A stretch of DNA of 64,000 bases from Candidatus Zhuqueibacterota bacterium (GTDB lineage: Bacteria; Zhuqueibacterota; Zhuqueibacteria; Zhuqueibacterales; Geothermadaptataceae). Positions 25,129 to 33,377 of this stretch are shown one piece after another (position 1 is the stretch's first letter; each line of letters begins with the position of its first letter). The notes beneath the pieces were generated by a model that did not search any database, was not told where the DNA came from, and saw nothing but the letters and a program-made list of their open reading frames with translations. The DNA is taken from NCBI GenBank assembly GCA_030950365.1, contig JAUZRQ010000072.1, forward strand, positions 64,847-128,846, written 5' to 3'. Position numbers and translations under genes: made by a program.

Positions 25129-26250
25129 ATGAAACTCAGGAGTGACATGAAACACATCAAGCATGCTGTTCTCATTGGGTTCGGTTTGAGCCTGGTTTTG
25201 CTCGCCGGCATTTATCTGAATGGATTCTATCCGTTTGGCAAGTCGAAAGTCAAAAATCCACGGCCGGTGCCGCCGTTTGAAATTCCAGCAAAGCAGCCGG
25301 GTACGCCGTATGTGTATTTCATCGCCATTGGTGATCAGGGCACGGGAGATGCCAACCAGCGGTTGGTGGCCCGGCTGATGAATGAGAAGGCCGCCCGCGA
25401 TTCCCTGCATTTTGTCATTACTCTTGGTGACAATATTTACCCGGACGGCGCTTTTTCAGCACGCGACCCGCAGTGGAAACGCAAGTTCGAGGATATTTAC
25501 AATCTGCCCTTTCTGAATGTCCCATTTTATGCTTCGCTCGGTAATCACGATCATCACAAAAACAATGGCATCCACGCCATTGAATACAGCAAGGTGAATC
25601 CCAAATGGGTAATGCCGGATTTTTATTATGCTTTTACGAAACGGATTGATCAAGAGCATGATATTTTGTTCATCGCCCTGGATACCGATCCGATTTCTGA
25701 AAAAGCCAAAACGGCCGACAAGCAGATTGCCTGGCTGGAAGAGCAACTTAGTACGTCCACTGCCACCTGGAAGATCGTTTTTGGACACCATCCAGTGTTC
25801 TCGTTCGGCAAACATGGCCATGAAAAGGAAATGATTAAGCGGGTGCGGCCGCTACTGGAAAGATACAAGGTGGACGCCTATTTTGCCGGCCATGACCATG
25901 ACCGGCAACTGTTTGAGCCAGTGAACGGCGTGCATTACATCATTTCCGGCACGGGCGCAAAAAGCCGCAACACCCAGTACGGGCCCAAAACCGTTTTCGC
26001 CGCCACCAATCTCGGCTTCGTTTGGTGCCGGGTTTCGCCGTCACAATTCCATGTGCAGTTCATCAATGAACAGGGCGAAATTGAATTTGCCTATACCTGG
26101 GAAAAAGGCAACGTCCCTCTGCTGGCTTATTCGCCCGAGGAGTGGAAAGTAAAGAAGGAAAAGAAAAAGAAGAAAAAGAATAAAAAGAAAAAGAAGAAAA
26201 AGAAAAAAAAGAAACAGAAAAAAAGTGAAGCATCAGAATATCTGGAATAA
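25129..26250 (+). CDS. Calcineurin-like metallophosphoesterase (acid-phosphatase-like) with N-terminal TM anchor and C-terminal poly-lysine tail
   Basis: Motifs IAIGDQGTGD, TLGDNIY, SLGNHDH, FGHHPV and AGHDHD. The tail reads KVKKEKKKKKKNKKKKKKKKKKKQKKSEASEYLE. Confidence 0.8.
   Translation: MKLRSDMKHIKHAVLIGFGLSLVLLAGIYLNGFYPFGKSKVKNPRPVPPFEIPAKQPGTPYVYFIAIGDQGTGDANQRLVARLMNEKAARDSLHFVITLGDNIYPDGAFSARDPQWKRKFEDIYNLPFLNVPFYASLGNHDHHKNNGIHAIEYSKVNPKWVMPDFYYAFTKRIDQEHDILFIALDTDPISEKAKTADKQIAWLEEQLSTSTATWKIVFGHHPVFSFGKHGHEKEMIKRVRPLLERYKVDAYFAGHDHDRQLFEPVNGVHYIISGTGAKSRNTQYGPKTVFAATNLGFVWCRVSPSQFHVQFINEQGEIEFAYTWEKGNVPLLAYSPEEWKVKKEKKKKKKNKKKKKKKKKKKQKKSEASEYLE
26146..26228 (+). repeat. Homopurine (A/G) low-complexity tract encoding the poly-Lys tail
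   Basis: AAAGTAAAGAAGGAAAAGAAAAAGAAGAAAAAGAATAAAAAGAAAAAGAAGAAAAAGAAAAAAAAGAAACAGAAAAAAAG. It includes an A8 run. Confidence 0.9.
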
Positions 26251-26663
26251 AACTCCTTTTCCAAAACAAACAACTCACCATCATCTCATGCCAGACTGAA
26301 GCACGAACGGTTCCGGTCGGTGTAGAGATCGAGTATTTTGCTTTGGTCAGGCCATAGTCATTCCTCTATTTTCTGGTAGGCCGCGCATGCCGTCACCGGC
26401 TGCCGGGGGTACTTGGCGTAGGCCGGGTCCTGCCGATGGTACTCACACAACCAGAAGACCGATCCCCGTACATTGCGAATCAATCGTACAAACCGGCATG
26501 TCTCGCAGAGCGTCTTTAGGCGATTTGGTTTTTGCATATCTGATTACCATTACCCTGATTAAACGATTTTTCAAATCGTTCCGATAAGACGATTAAAGAA
26601 GTGTTTACTTATTGCAATACTTAAAACGAATTAAAAAACTTGATTTCGAAGTCGAAAAGCCCT

Positions 26664-28127
26664 ATGGCCAAATCTAATATATCTGGTTGTCAGCGAGCTC
26701 TGCATGAAATGCTGATTTATCTCAGCGCCCGTCCGGATTTGAGCAATGACCTGCGCGCGCAACTTGACGTACTGATCCGGGAAATCAGCCAGCCAGAGTC
26801 CGAAAAACATGCCAAAAAAATCGAAAAACATATTCGGATGTTCCTCTTTAAGCTGGAGGCGTATGACCGCGAAAACCAGCGTGGTCGCGAAGAAGTGCTA
26901 CGCCGCTTGGTTCAGAATCTAATTGACTTGGTACAGAAAGATACGGATGTGAACCACCCGTATGCAAAAGAATTTGAGCAGATCAAAGAGGATATTCAGA
27001 CCGAGAATGAAACGCACCGGCTGCGAAGTATTCAAAAACGCGTAGTTGAGCTGGCCGTCAAAGTTAGCCTGTGGCAAAAAGAACAACAGGTGGCCTGGAA
27101 GGAGCAGATTCAAACGCTGGCCGTGCAAACCCTGCAATTGCTGCGTGATCCAGACGAAGAGCAGAAAGACCTCAACCGCCAGATCGACGAAATCATTCAA
27201 ATTGTCCAACGGGATTGCGATTACCACTCGCTGACTCAAGTCAATCGACGGCTGAACTACCTGCTGAAGGATTACCCAGCGCTTGTGGCGCAATCGCGAC
27301 GGGAACGGCAGGAGTTGCTCGATATCATTGGCACGCTAATCGAAGCTTTGAGGACCTATCAAATGGGAAGCAGCCAATTTGCCATCGGTGTGAATTCGTT
27401 TCTGGAAGAGCTGAAAAAAACGCGCGATATCAGTAGCATTCATCGTCTGCGCGATTCGCTGATCCGGGAGACGCGGCAGATTCTGGATCAGATGAAACAA
27501 ACCTCGGCGGATTCTCAGAAACTGCACCAGCGATTATTGGAGACGCAATCGCGGATTCTGGTGCTCGAGGACGAATTACACCAAATGCGGCAAAAACTGG
27601 CCGAAGCGCTTCGCGCCAAAGACATGGACCCGCTCACCGAGCTCCCTAATCGCCGCGCTTTCGAGCAGCAATTGCGCCTGGCGGTGGAAACTGTCTTCCG
27701 ACATAAAATACCTTATGCGCTGGCGCTGATGGATATTGACCATTTTAAAAGTATCAATGATCAATATGGCCATCCTGCCGGAGATGAAGTTCTGCGCCGT
27801 TTTGCCCGCTATGTGCGTGAAAAGCTACGCAAGATTGATTTTCTGGCGCGTTACGGCGGTGAGGAGTTTGCGGCCATTCTGCCCAACACCACGGCACATG
27901 GTGCGTTCCAGGTCGTCGAGCGCATTCGCAAAGGCGTGGAAAAACTGTCCATCCGGCACGGCCTGCGGCGTATTCACATCACCTTTAGCGCCGGTATTTG
28001 CGAGATGGAGGCACAGTTCGATGAGGAAACCTGGCTTGAAAAAGCCGACGAAGCCTTGTATGAAGCTAAGCATTCCGGCCGCAACCGTGTGGTGACTTTT
28101 AGGGAAATGCTCTACGAGGCAAAATAG
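26664..28127 (+). CDS. Diguanylate cyclase (GGDEF) with long coiled-coil N-terminal region
   Basis: DHFKSINDQYGHPAGDEVL, active site RYGGEEF, and I-site RKID five residues upstream. The N-terminal ~320 aa are E/K/Q/L-rich and helical. The ORF also opens at a TTG at 26640. Confidence 0.85.
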   Translation: MAKSNISGCQRALHEMLIYLSARPDLSNDLRAQLDVLIREISQPESEKHAKKIEKHIRMFLFKLEAYDRENQRGREEVLRRLVQNLIDLVQKDTDVNHPYAKEFEQIKEDIQTENETHRLRSIQKRVVELAVKVSLWQKEQQVAWKEQIQTLAVQTLQLLRDPDEEQKDLNRQIDEIIQIVQRDCDYHSLTQVNRRLNYLLKDYPALVAQSRRERQELLDIIGTLIEALRTYQMGSSQFAIGVNSFLEELKKTRDISSIHRLRDSLIRETRQILDQMKQTSADSQKLHQRLLETQSRILVLEDELHQMRQKLAEALRAKDMDPLTELPNRRAFEQQLRLAVETVFRHKIPYALALMDIDHFKSINDQYGHPAGDEVLRRFARYVREKLRKIDFLARYGGEEFAAILPNTTAHGAFQVVERIRKGVEKLSIRHGLRRIHITFSAGICEMEAQFDEETWLEKADEALYEAKHSGRNRVVTFREMLYEAK

Positions 28128-28333
28128 TTCTATTGACCGCATTCTTTTGACATGCGCAATTCATGACTGGCCGCGCTACCGTTTCGCTTGCGGATGAAGT
28201 TTGTGGCCGGTTTGCAGACCGGTTGTCTCTCCGCATTCTGCCATATGAACCTTCTGTTTAAACACGCTTTTTCTTGATTTCTTGCCTCAATCCTTCTATT
28301 TTACAAAAAAGAAGCCACAGGAAAGGAGGAGGC

Positions 28334-30901
28334 ATGACGCCCGGGCTTTGTTTCAGGTGGGCGCGATTTTTGATCGGATGCGTTTTTGTTGCTTCGCCGC
28401 TTTTGGCGCAAATCCCCCGGTTCGCCATGCCGCGTTCCGATGCCAACCTCGCCTCACTTCCTCAAGCCAATACGTTTTTCGATGTCATCGGTCGCCGGGC
28501 CGCGGTGCTGGGCCGGCAGAAGGGCAATTTTGAACTGTGGATTTTCCCGTTTCAAATCGTTCGCCAGTTTGAATTGCAATTTCAACTGGCCGACATGCCC
28601 GGCCCGGCGGAATTGAGCCGCTATGTGACGCGCATCGAAACCGCGCCGGAACGCACAACACTCACGTACAGTCATCCATTATTTTTGTTAAAACAGCACA
28701 TCTTTGTGCCGGTCGATCAGCCGGCGGTGATCCAGTTGCTGGAAATCGACGCGTACTCGCCGTTTGAGTTGTACATCAGCTTTTTGCCTTCGCTGCAGCC
28801 GATGTGGCCGGCGGGTATGGGCGGGCAGTACGCCTTCTGGAGTGACGAGGTGCGCGGATACATTCTGTCCGAAAGTCGGCGGAAAATAAACGCGGTCATC
28901 GGATCCGGGCTGGGGCAGCGGCGGTCCTCGTCGCCGGCGCATGCGCTGTCGCAACGGCCCAATCTGTACTCCATTTCGGTGCATCCCGATAGCGTACATT
29001 CCCGGTTCATCCCCATCCTCATCACCGCGGATTTCGAAAGCCGGGAGAGCTGCCTGGCGCGCTACGACTCGCTGATGCAATCCATTCCGCAAGCGTATGA
29101 GCGTACCCGTTTGCATTATCGCCGGTTTCTCGACCGCACGCTGTCGCTTCATGGCACTCCGCTGGATGAGGCGCTGACCTGGAACAAACTGGCGATGCAC
29201 AAAGGCTTCATCTGCAATCCCGATCTGGGATGCGGTCTGGTGGCCGGGTTCGGGCCATCCGGTGCGGGACGCCGACCCGGCTTCGCCTGGTTTTTCGGCG
29301 GCGATGCGTTCATCAACAGTTTCGCCATGACCGCCTATGGCGATCTGGAGATCGTGCGGCAAAGCTTTGAATTCCTCATCCGCTACCAGCGGGATGACGG
29401 CAAGATGCCGCACGAAATCAGCCAGTCGGCCGGCTTGCTTGACTGGTTCGGTGACTATCCTTATGGCTATATCCACGGCGATACCACGCCCTATTTTCTG
29501 GCCGCGGTGGCCAATTATTTCCGCCACACCGATGACACGGTGTTTGTCCGCCGGCACGCCGAGGCCATTCGCAAAGCGTACCGCTGGTGCCGTAGCACCG
29601 ACAGCGATGATGATGGCCTAATGGAGAATACCCGGGCCGGGCTGGGCGCCTCGGAATTGGGTAGCCTGCGGGAGGCCAGCGGCGTGGATATTTTTCTGGC
29701 CGCCATCGGGGTGCAGGCCTGGCAGAGCACGGCGCTTCTGGCGCAGGTGCTGGGCGATGCTGATCTGGAAAGCGACGCCCGGCGCTGGTTCGCCACCGGC
29801 CGCAAGCAGCTCGACCGCAAATTCTGGAATGCTGAAAAGGGCCATTACAACTTTTCGCTCACGCGCTCTGGTAAGCCCAATCCTGAGTTGACCGCCTGGA
29901 GCAGCTTCCCGTCGACCTTCGACCTGCTGCCAGAGGATCGGGCGCGCCGCAATTTGCAGCAGGTGGCATCCTCGCGCATCAGCACGGACTGGGGTAGCCG
30001 CATGCTCAGCAACGACAGTCCAGCCTACGCGCCGCTGGCCTACAACAACGGCGCAGTCTGGCCGTTCTTGACCGGCTTTGTCATTCAGGCGCTGTTCCGG
30101 CAGCATCATGCACTGGCGGGCACCCAGGCCCTGCTGAATCTGGCTCGCTGGATTTCCGTCGATGCGCCCGGCGTCATGCCGGAGGTCATCAGCGGGGAAT
30201 ACTTCCGACCGCTGGAAACGTCGGTGCCGCACCAGTTGTTTTCCAGTTCCGGTTTCGTGGCCGGTTTGCTGCGTGGGCTGCTCGGTCTGGACATCGACGC
30301 TCCTAATCGAACACTGACCCTGCGGCCGCACCTACCCCCGGACTGGGACGAATTGGAGGTCCGGCGCATTCCACTCGGCCGGGATCATCTTTCTCTGAAA
30401 TTACGGCAAACCGTCGATGGATTTCAAGTGACGCTCTTGGAAACGCCGCAGGACGACTGGACGCTTTTGCTGCAGCCAGCCTTTGGTGCATTTGCACACG
30501 TGCGGGAAATCCTGCCCAAAATGCCAGTTTTTGAGGAACGCACGGAATCCGATACGCATCTTTATTTCAAAATCCGTACAAAACAAGTGCAGAAGGTTCA
30601 GTTGACGGTGGACGAGCCGTTACGCGTCTGGCCTTATGATGAACTGCTGGAATTCGGTCAGCCGAACCGGCAGATGAAAGTGGTTTCTGTGCAGCGCATC
30701 GGTGATCGAACCCTGGAGCTTGTGCTGGAAGCGCCGGCAGGGAGCCGCAAATGGCTGCGGTTTGCCGCCACCGGGGCCGTTGCCGCCGAAGGAGCCGACA
30801 TCCAGGATGGCCGTTTTTTGATTGATTTTCGTGGAGATAATACACATTTTGTCCGCAAGCGCATTCGTGTGAAATGGATGGAAAGGAGCAATTCGTTTTA
30901 G
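28334..30901 (+). CDS. Secreted six-hairpin glycosidase-like protein (amylo-alpha-1,6-glucosidase / glycogen-debranching-like family)
   Basis: ATG at 28334 after the AGGAAAGGAGGAGG RBS. Signal peptide ...ASPLLAQ. The central region FGGDAFINSFAMTAYGDLEIVRQSFEFLIRYQRDDGKMPHEIS...YNNGAVWPFLTG resembles (alpha/alpha)6 GDE_C-type enzymes. The family assignment is tentative. Confidence 0.55.
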   Translation: MTPGLCFRWARFLIGCVFVASPLLAQIPRFAMPRSDANLASLPQANTFFDVIGRRAAVLGRQKGNFELWIFPFQIVRQFELQFQLADMPGPAELSRYVTRIETAPERTTLTYSHPLFLLKQHIFVPVDQPAVIQLLEIDAYSPFELYISFLPSLQPMWPAGMGGQYAFWSDEVRGYILSESRRKINAVIGSGLGQRRSSSPAHALSQRPNLYSISVHPDSVHSRFIPILITADFESRESCLARYDSLMQSIPQAYERTRLHYRRFLDRTLSLHGTPLDEALTWNKLAMHKGFICNPDLGCGLVAGFGPSGAGRRPGFAWFFGGDAFINSFAMTAYGDLEIVRQSFEFLIRYQRDDGKMPHEISQSAGLLDWFGDYPYGYIHGDTTPYFLAAVANYFRHTDDTVFVRRHAEAIRKAYRWCRSTDSDDDGLMENTRAGLGASELGSLREASGVDIFLAAIGVQAWQSTALLAQVLGDADLESDARRWFATGRKQLDRKFWNAEKGHYNFSLTRSGKPNPELTAWSSFPSTFDLLPEDRARRNLQQVASSRISTDWGSRMLSNDSPAYAPLAYNNGAVWPFLTGFVIQALFRQHHALAGTQALLNLARWISVDAPGVMPEVISGEYFRPLETSVPHQLFSSSGFVAGLLRGLLGLDIDAPNRTLTLRPHLPPDWDELEVRRIPLGRDHLSLKLRQTVDGFQVTLLETPQDDWTLLLQPAFGAFAHVREILPKMPVFEERTESDTHLYFKIRTKQVQKVQLTVDEPLRVWPYDELLEFGQPNRQMKVVSVQRIGDRTLELVLEAPAGSRKWLRFAATGAVAAEGADIQDGRFLIDFRGDNTHFVRKRIRVKWMERSNSF

Positions 30902-30934
30902 TGCGGATTTAATCCAAATGAAGAGGAGGAAACC

Positions 30935-31942
30935 ATGCCACCTTCACTCGTCACCATCGAACGCCATATCATCGAACAGCAGAAGGAATATCCGCAGGCC
31001 ACCGGAGAATTTTCCGCGCTGCTGTACGATATCGCCTTTGCCGCCAAGCTGATCGCGCGCGAAGTTAATAAAGCCGGCCTGGTGGATATTCTCGGCTTTA
31101 CCGGCGAAGAAAACGTCCAGGGCGAACAGGTCGCCAAGCTGGACGAATTCGCCAATGATATTATTTTCAAGGCGCTCGACCATACAGGCCGCCTGTGTTG
31201 CATGGCCAGCGAAGAGGTGAAGGATATCATCCATATTCCCAAACAGTTCAAATGCGGCAAATACGTTCTGTTGTACGATCCCCTCGACGGCTCATCCAAC
31301 ATCGATGCCAACGTCTCCATCGGCACCATTTTCAGCATCCACCGCAAAATCAGCTCCGGTGAGCGCGGGACCCTGGAAGACTGTTTGCAGCCAGGCTACA
31401 AACAGGTGGCGGCTGGCTATGTAATTTACGGCAGTTCCACCATGCTGGTCTATACCGCTGGCAATGGCGTGTTCGGCTTTACGCTCGATCCGAGTGTCGG
31501 CGAGTTTCTGCTGTCGCACAACCACATTCAGATTCCGAAAAAAGGCCGTATTTACAGCGTCAACGAGGGCAATTATTTTAAATGGGATGAAAACGTTCGG
31601 CGATACATCGATTATGTGAAGACGCCGGACAAAGCCACCGGACGGCCGTACAAAAGCCGTTACATCGGATCGCTGGTGGCGGATTTTCACCGAAATCTGC
31701 TGTATGGCGGAATTTTCCTGTACCCGGCAGACCAATCCAATCCCAATGGTAAACTGCGGTTGTTGTATGAGGCCAACCCGCTGGCGTTCATTGTGGAACA
31801 GGCGGGCGGTTATGCCAGTGACGGCAGACAGCGCATTCTGGATATCGTACCCACTGAGCTGCATCAGCGCACACCGCTGTATATCGGCAGCTATGAGGAC
31901 GTCAAACAGGTGGAAGCGTTTTTGCAGGGAAATGCGGAATGA
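30935..31942 (+). CDS. fbp: Fructose-1,6-bisphosphatase class 1
   Basis: [24 protein letters not shown]..., [29 protein letters not shown] and [20 protein letters not shown] are classic class-I FBPase blocks. Confidence 0.92.
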   Translation: MPPSLVTIERHIIEQQKEYPQATGEFSALLYDIAFAAKLIAREVNKAGLVDILGFTGEENVQGEQVAKLDEFANDIIFKALDHTGRLCCMASEEVKDIIHIPKQFKCGKYVLLYDPLDGSSNIDANVSIGTIFSIHRKISSGERGTLEDCLQPGYKQVAAGYVIYGSSTMLVYTAGNGVFGFTLDPSVGEFLLSHNHIQIPKKGRIYSVNEGNYFKWDENVRRYIDYVKTPDKATGRPYKSRYIGSLVADFHRNLLYGGIFLYPADQSNPNGKLRLLYEANPLAFIVEQAGGYASDGRQRILDIVPTELHQRTPLYIGSYEDVKQVEAFLQGNAE

Positions 31943-32430
31943 AAATCGGACTGATTTCGGATACCCACGGGAGCCTTCCCGCCGAGGTGTTTCAGGTGTT
32001 CAAGGGGGTGGATGCCATCGTTCACGCCGGCGACATCGGTGCCGAGGACATCATCGTCGAGTTGCAGGTCCTGGCACCGGTGTATGCGGTGTATGGCAAC
32101 GTGGACGATTTCAAACTTCGTCAGGTATTCCCTCTCTGGCGCATGGAACAGCTTGGCGGTAAACACGTGCTGGTGACGCACATCATTGCCCCGCTGACTC
32201 CGATTGGATTACAGCACGCCTTGGAGAAAATCGGCTGCCCACAGAAGCCGGATATTCTGGTGTACGGCCACACGCACGAATTGTGCATTCAAAAAGTTAG
32301 CGATATTCTGACTATCAATCCCGGCTCTGTGTCGCAGCCGCGAAAAGGCGAGGCGCCTTCTGTGGCGTTTCTAGAAATCAATGCCAGCGGTGAGGCCAAA
32401 TGTTGGCCGAAATTCCTGCCCCAACACTGA
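31939..32430 (+). CDS. YfcE/MJ0936-type metallophosphoesterase
   Basis: [11 protein letters not shown]...VHAGDIG...GNVD...GHTH. 163 aa. The start overlaps the fbp stop. Confidence 0.8.
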   Translation: MKIGLISDTHGSLPAEVFQVFKGVDAIVHAGDIGAEDIIVELQVLAPVYAVYGNVDDFKLRQVFPLWRMEQLGGKHVLVTHIIAPLTPIGLQHALEKIGCPQKPDILVYGHTHELCIQKVSDILTINPGSVSQPRKGEAPSVAFLEINASGEAKCWPKFLPQH

Positions 32431-32548
32431 AGCGGGAGAACTTTTCTGCATGCGGGTACCTTTCCTGCAGGCAAGGAATAGAACCCTGGCCCGGCCAATG
32501 TCATCTCGCAATCGGTCCAAACCGATCTATAAATTTTACAAATTTCGG

Positions 32549-32577
32549 TTGACATCAAAATCGGATTTTATTATCTT
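32549..32577 (+). promoter_or_regulatory. Putative promoter of the tRNA-Lys pair
   Basis: TTGACA (32549-32554), 17-nt spacer, TATCTT (32572-32577), about 25 nt upstream of the first tRNA. Confidence 0.4.
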
Positions 32578-32601
32578 GATTGCTGTTTGAAATGAGTGGT
32601 C

Positions 32602-32675
32602 GAGGGTGTAGCTCAGCCTGGTAGAGCAGCGGCCTTTTAAGCCGTTGGTCGAAGGTTCGATTCCTTCCACCCTCA
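32602..32675 (+). tRNA. tRNA-Lys (anticodon UUU)
   Basis: Hand-folded cloverleaf. Acceptor GAGGGTG/CACCCTC. D arm GCTC-AGCCTGGTA-GAGC. Anticodon loop CTTTTAA. T arm GAAGG-TTCGATT-CCTTC. No encoded CCA. Confidence 0.9.
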
Positions 32676-32684
32676 CTCGCACAG

Positions 32685-32757
32685 GCGCCCATAGCTCAAT
32701 TGGTAGAGCAGCGGACTCTTAATCCGAAGGTTCTAGGTTCGACTCCTAGTGGGCGCA
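32685..32757 (+). tRNA. tRNA-Lys (anticodon CUU)
   Basis: Acceptor GCGCCCA/TGGGCGC. D arm GCTC-AATTGGTA-GAGC. Anticodon loop CTCTTAA. T arm CTAGG-TTCGACT-CCTAG. Confidence 0.9.
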
Positions 32758-32765
32758 TGCAAAAA

Positions 32766-32802
32766 AGGCACCGGCCTGGCAAAGGGCTGGTGCCTTTTTT
32801 GT
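32766..32802 (+). terminator. Intrinsic terminator after the tRNA pair
   Basis: AGGCACCGGCC-TGGCAAAG-GGCTGGTGCCT followed by TTTTTTG. Confidence 0.75.
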
Positions 32803-33226
32803 TCGTAGGAGAGTTCAATGCGTTAAAGACTATCGCAGCGGCTCCTGGCTATAAAAAACCCCGGACTCCTTCCGGGGATTTTACCTTTCTCCATCCTGCT
32901 CAGCGGGCGGGTACGATCCGCCGGCCGACCGTCGGATCCGATACGCTCCTGGTCGCTTTGGCCTGCCTGACACGCTGAGGTTGACATTGAAGTCATTATC
33001 AGTATCGTCGCCGCACCCCCGTCCTTTGCCATTTCGCAATTTCTTCACAGATTTGACAGCCCTGCAACGACTGTAAACCCGGTTTCGTAAGGCGCTTTTG
33101 GCAACCAGGATTCGCACCTCGGGCCACAGGAATGCATCACGGCCATCCGATCCGCAGCAGACTTGAAGAGAAAAGAGCGGCCCAGTTTTTCTCTTGCATT
33201 CTAAAAACATTATGGCTAAAATAAAG

Positions 33227-33304
33227 CAGCTATTCAGCCCCGAATTCAGGCTTACTCTGTGGAATAATGAAATTCTCTTTCGGTGAGGATGGCTGAATAG
33301 GTAC
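33227..33304. repeat. 78-bp mini-element with family-type termini
   Basis: GCAGCTATTCAGCC ... GGCTGAATAGGTAC has the same CTATTCAGC/GCTGAATAG terminal core as families A and B. It sits about 75 nt upstream of the M1 peptidase start. Confidence 0.45.
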
Positions 33305-33377
33305 AAATCAGGACAGAACATGCTCCGCGTTGTGCTGCTGCCGGCAATTCTCAAGCGATTCAAATGCCATTAACTCC

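Noticed and set aside
26063-26284. 73-aa minus-strand ORF (FFSFSSFSFYSFSSFSF...) opposite the poly-lysine tract.
   Set aside because: It is the complement of the homopurine tract. Its low-complexity F/S repeat is an artefact of the plus-strand AAG/AAA run.
26380-26480. Short minus-strand reading frame ending ...CEYHRQDPAYAKYPRQPVTACAAYQKIEE, faintly reminiscent of a methionine sulfoxide reductase C-terminus and so a possible gene remnant.
   Set aside because: Only about 35 codons are open, the similarity is vague, and there is no start context. This is not enough to call a pseudogene.
32700-32978. 92-aa plus-strand ORF starting inside the second tRNA-Lys.
   Set aside because: It overlaps a well-folding tRNA and its terminator, and the translation is not protein-like.
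32758-33377. Genomic island or prophage integrated at the tRNA-Lys genes.
   Set aside because: There is no integrase, no direct repeat of the tRNA 3' end that I could see, and the downstream genes are ordinary chromosomal genes.
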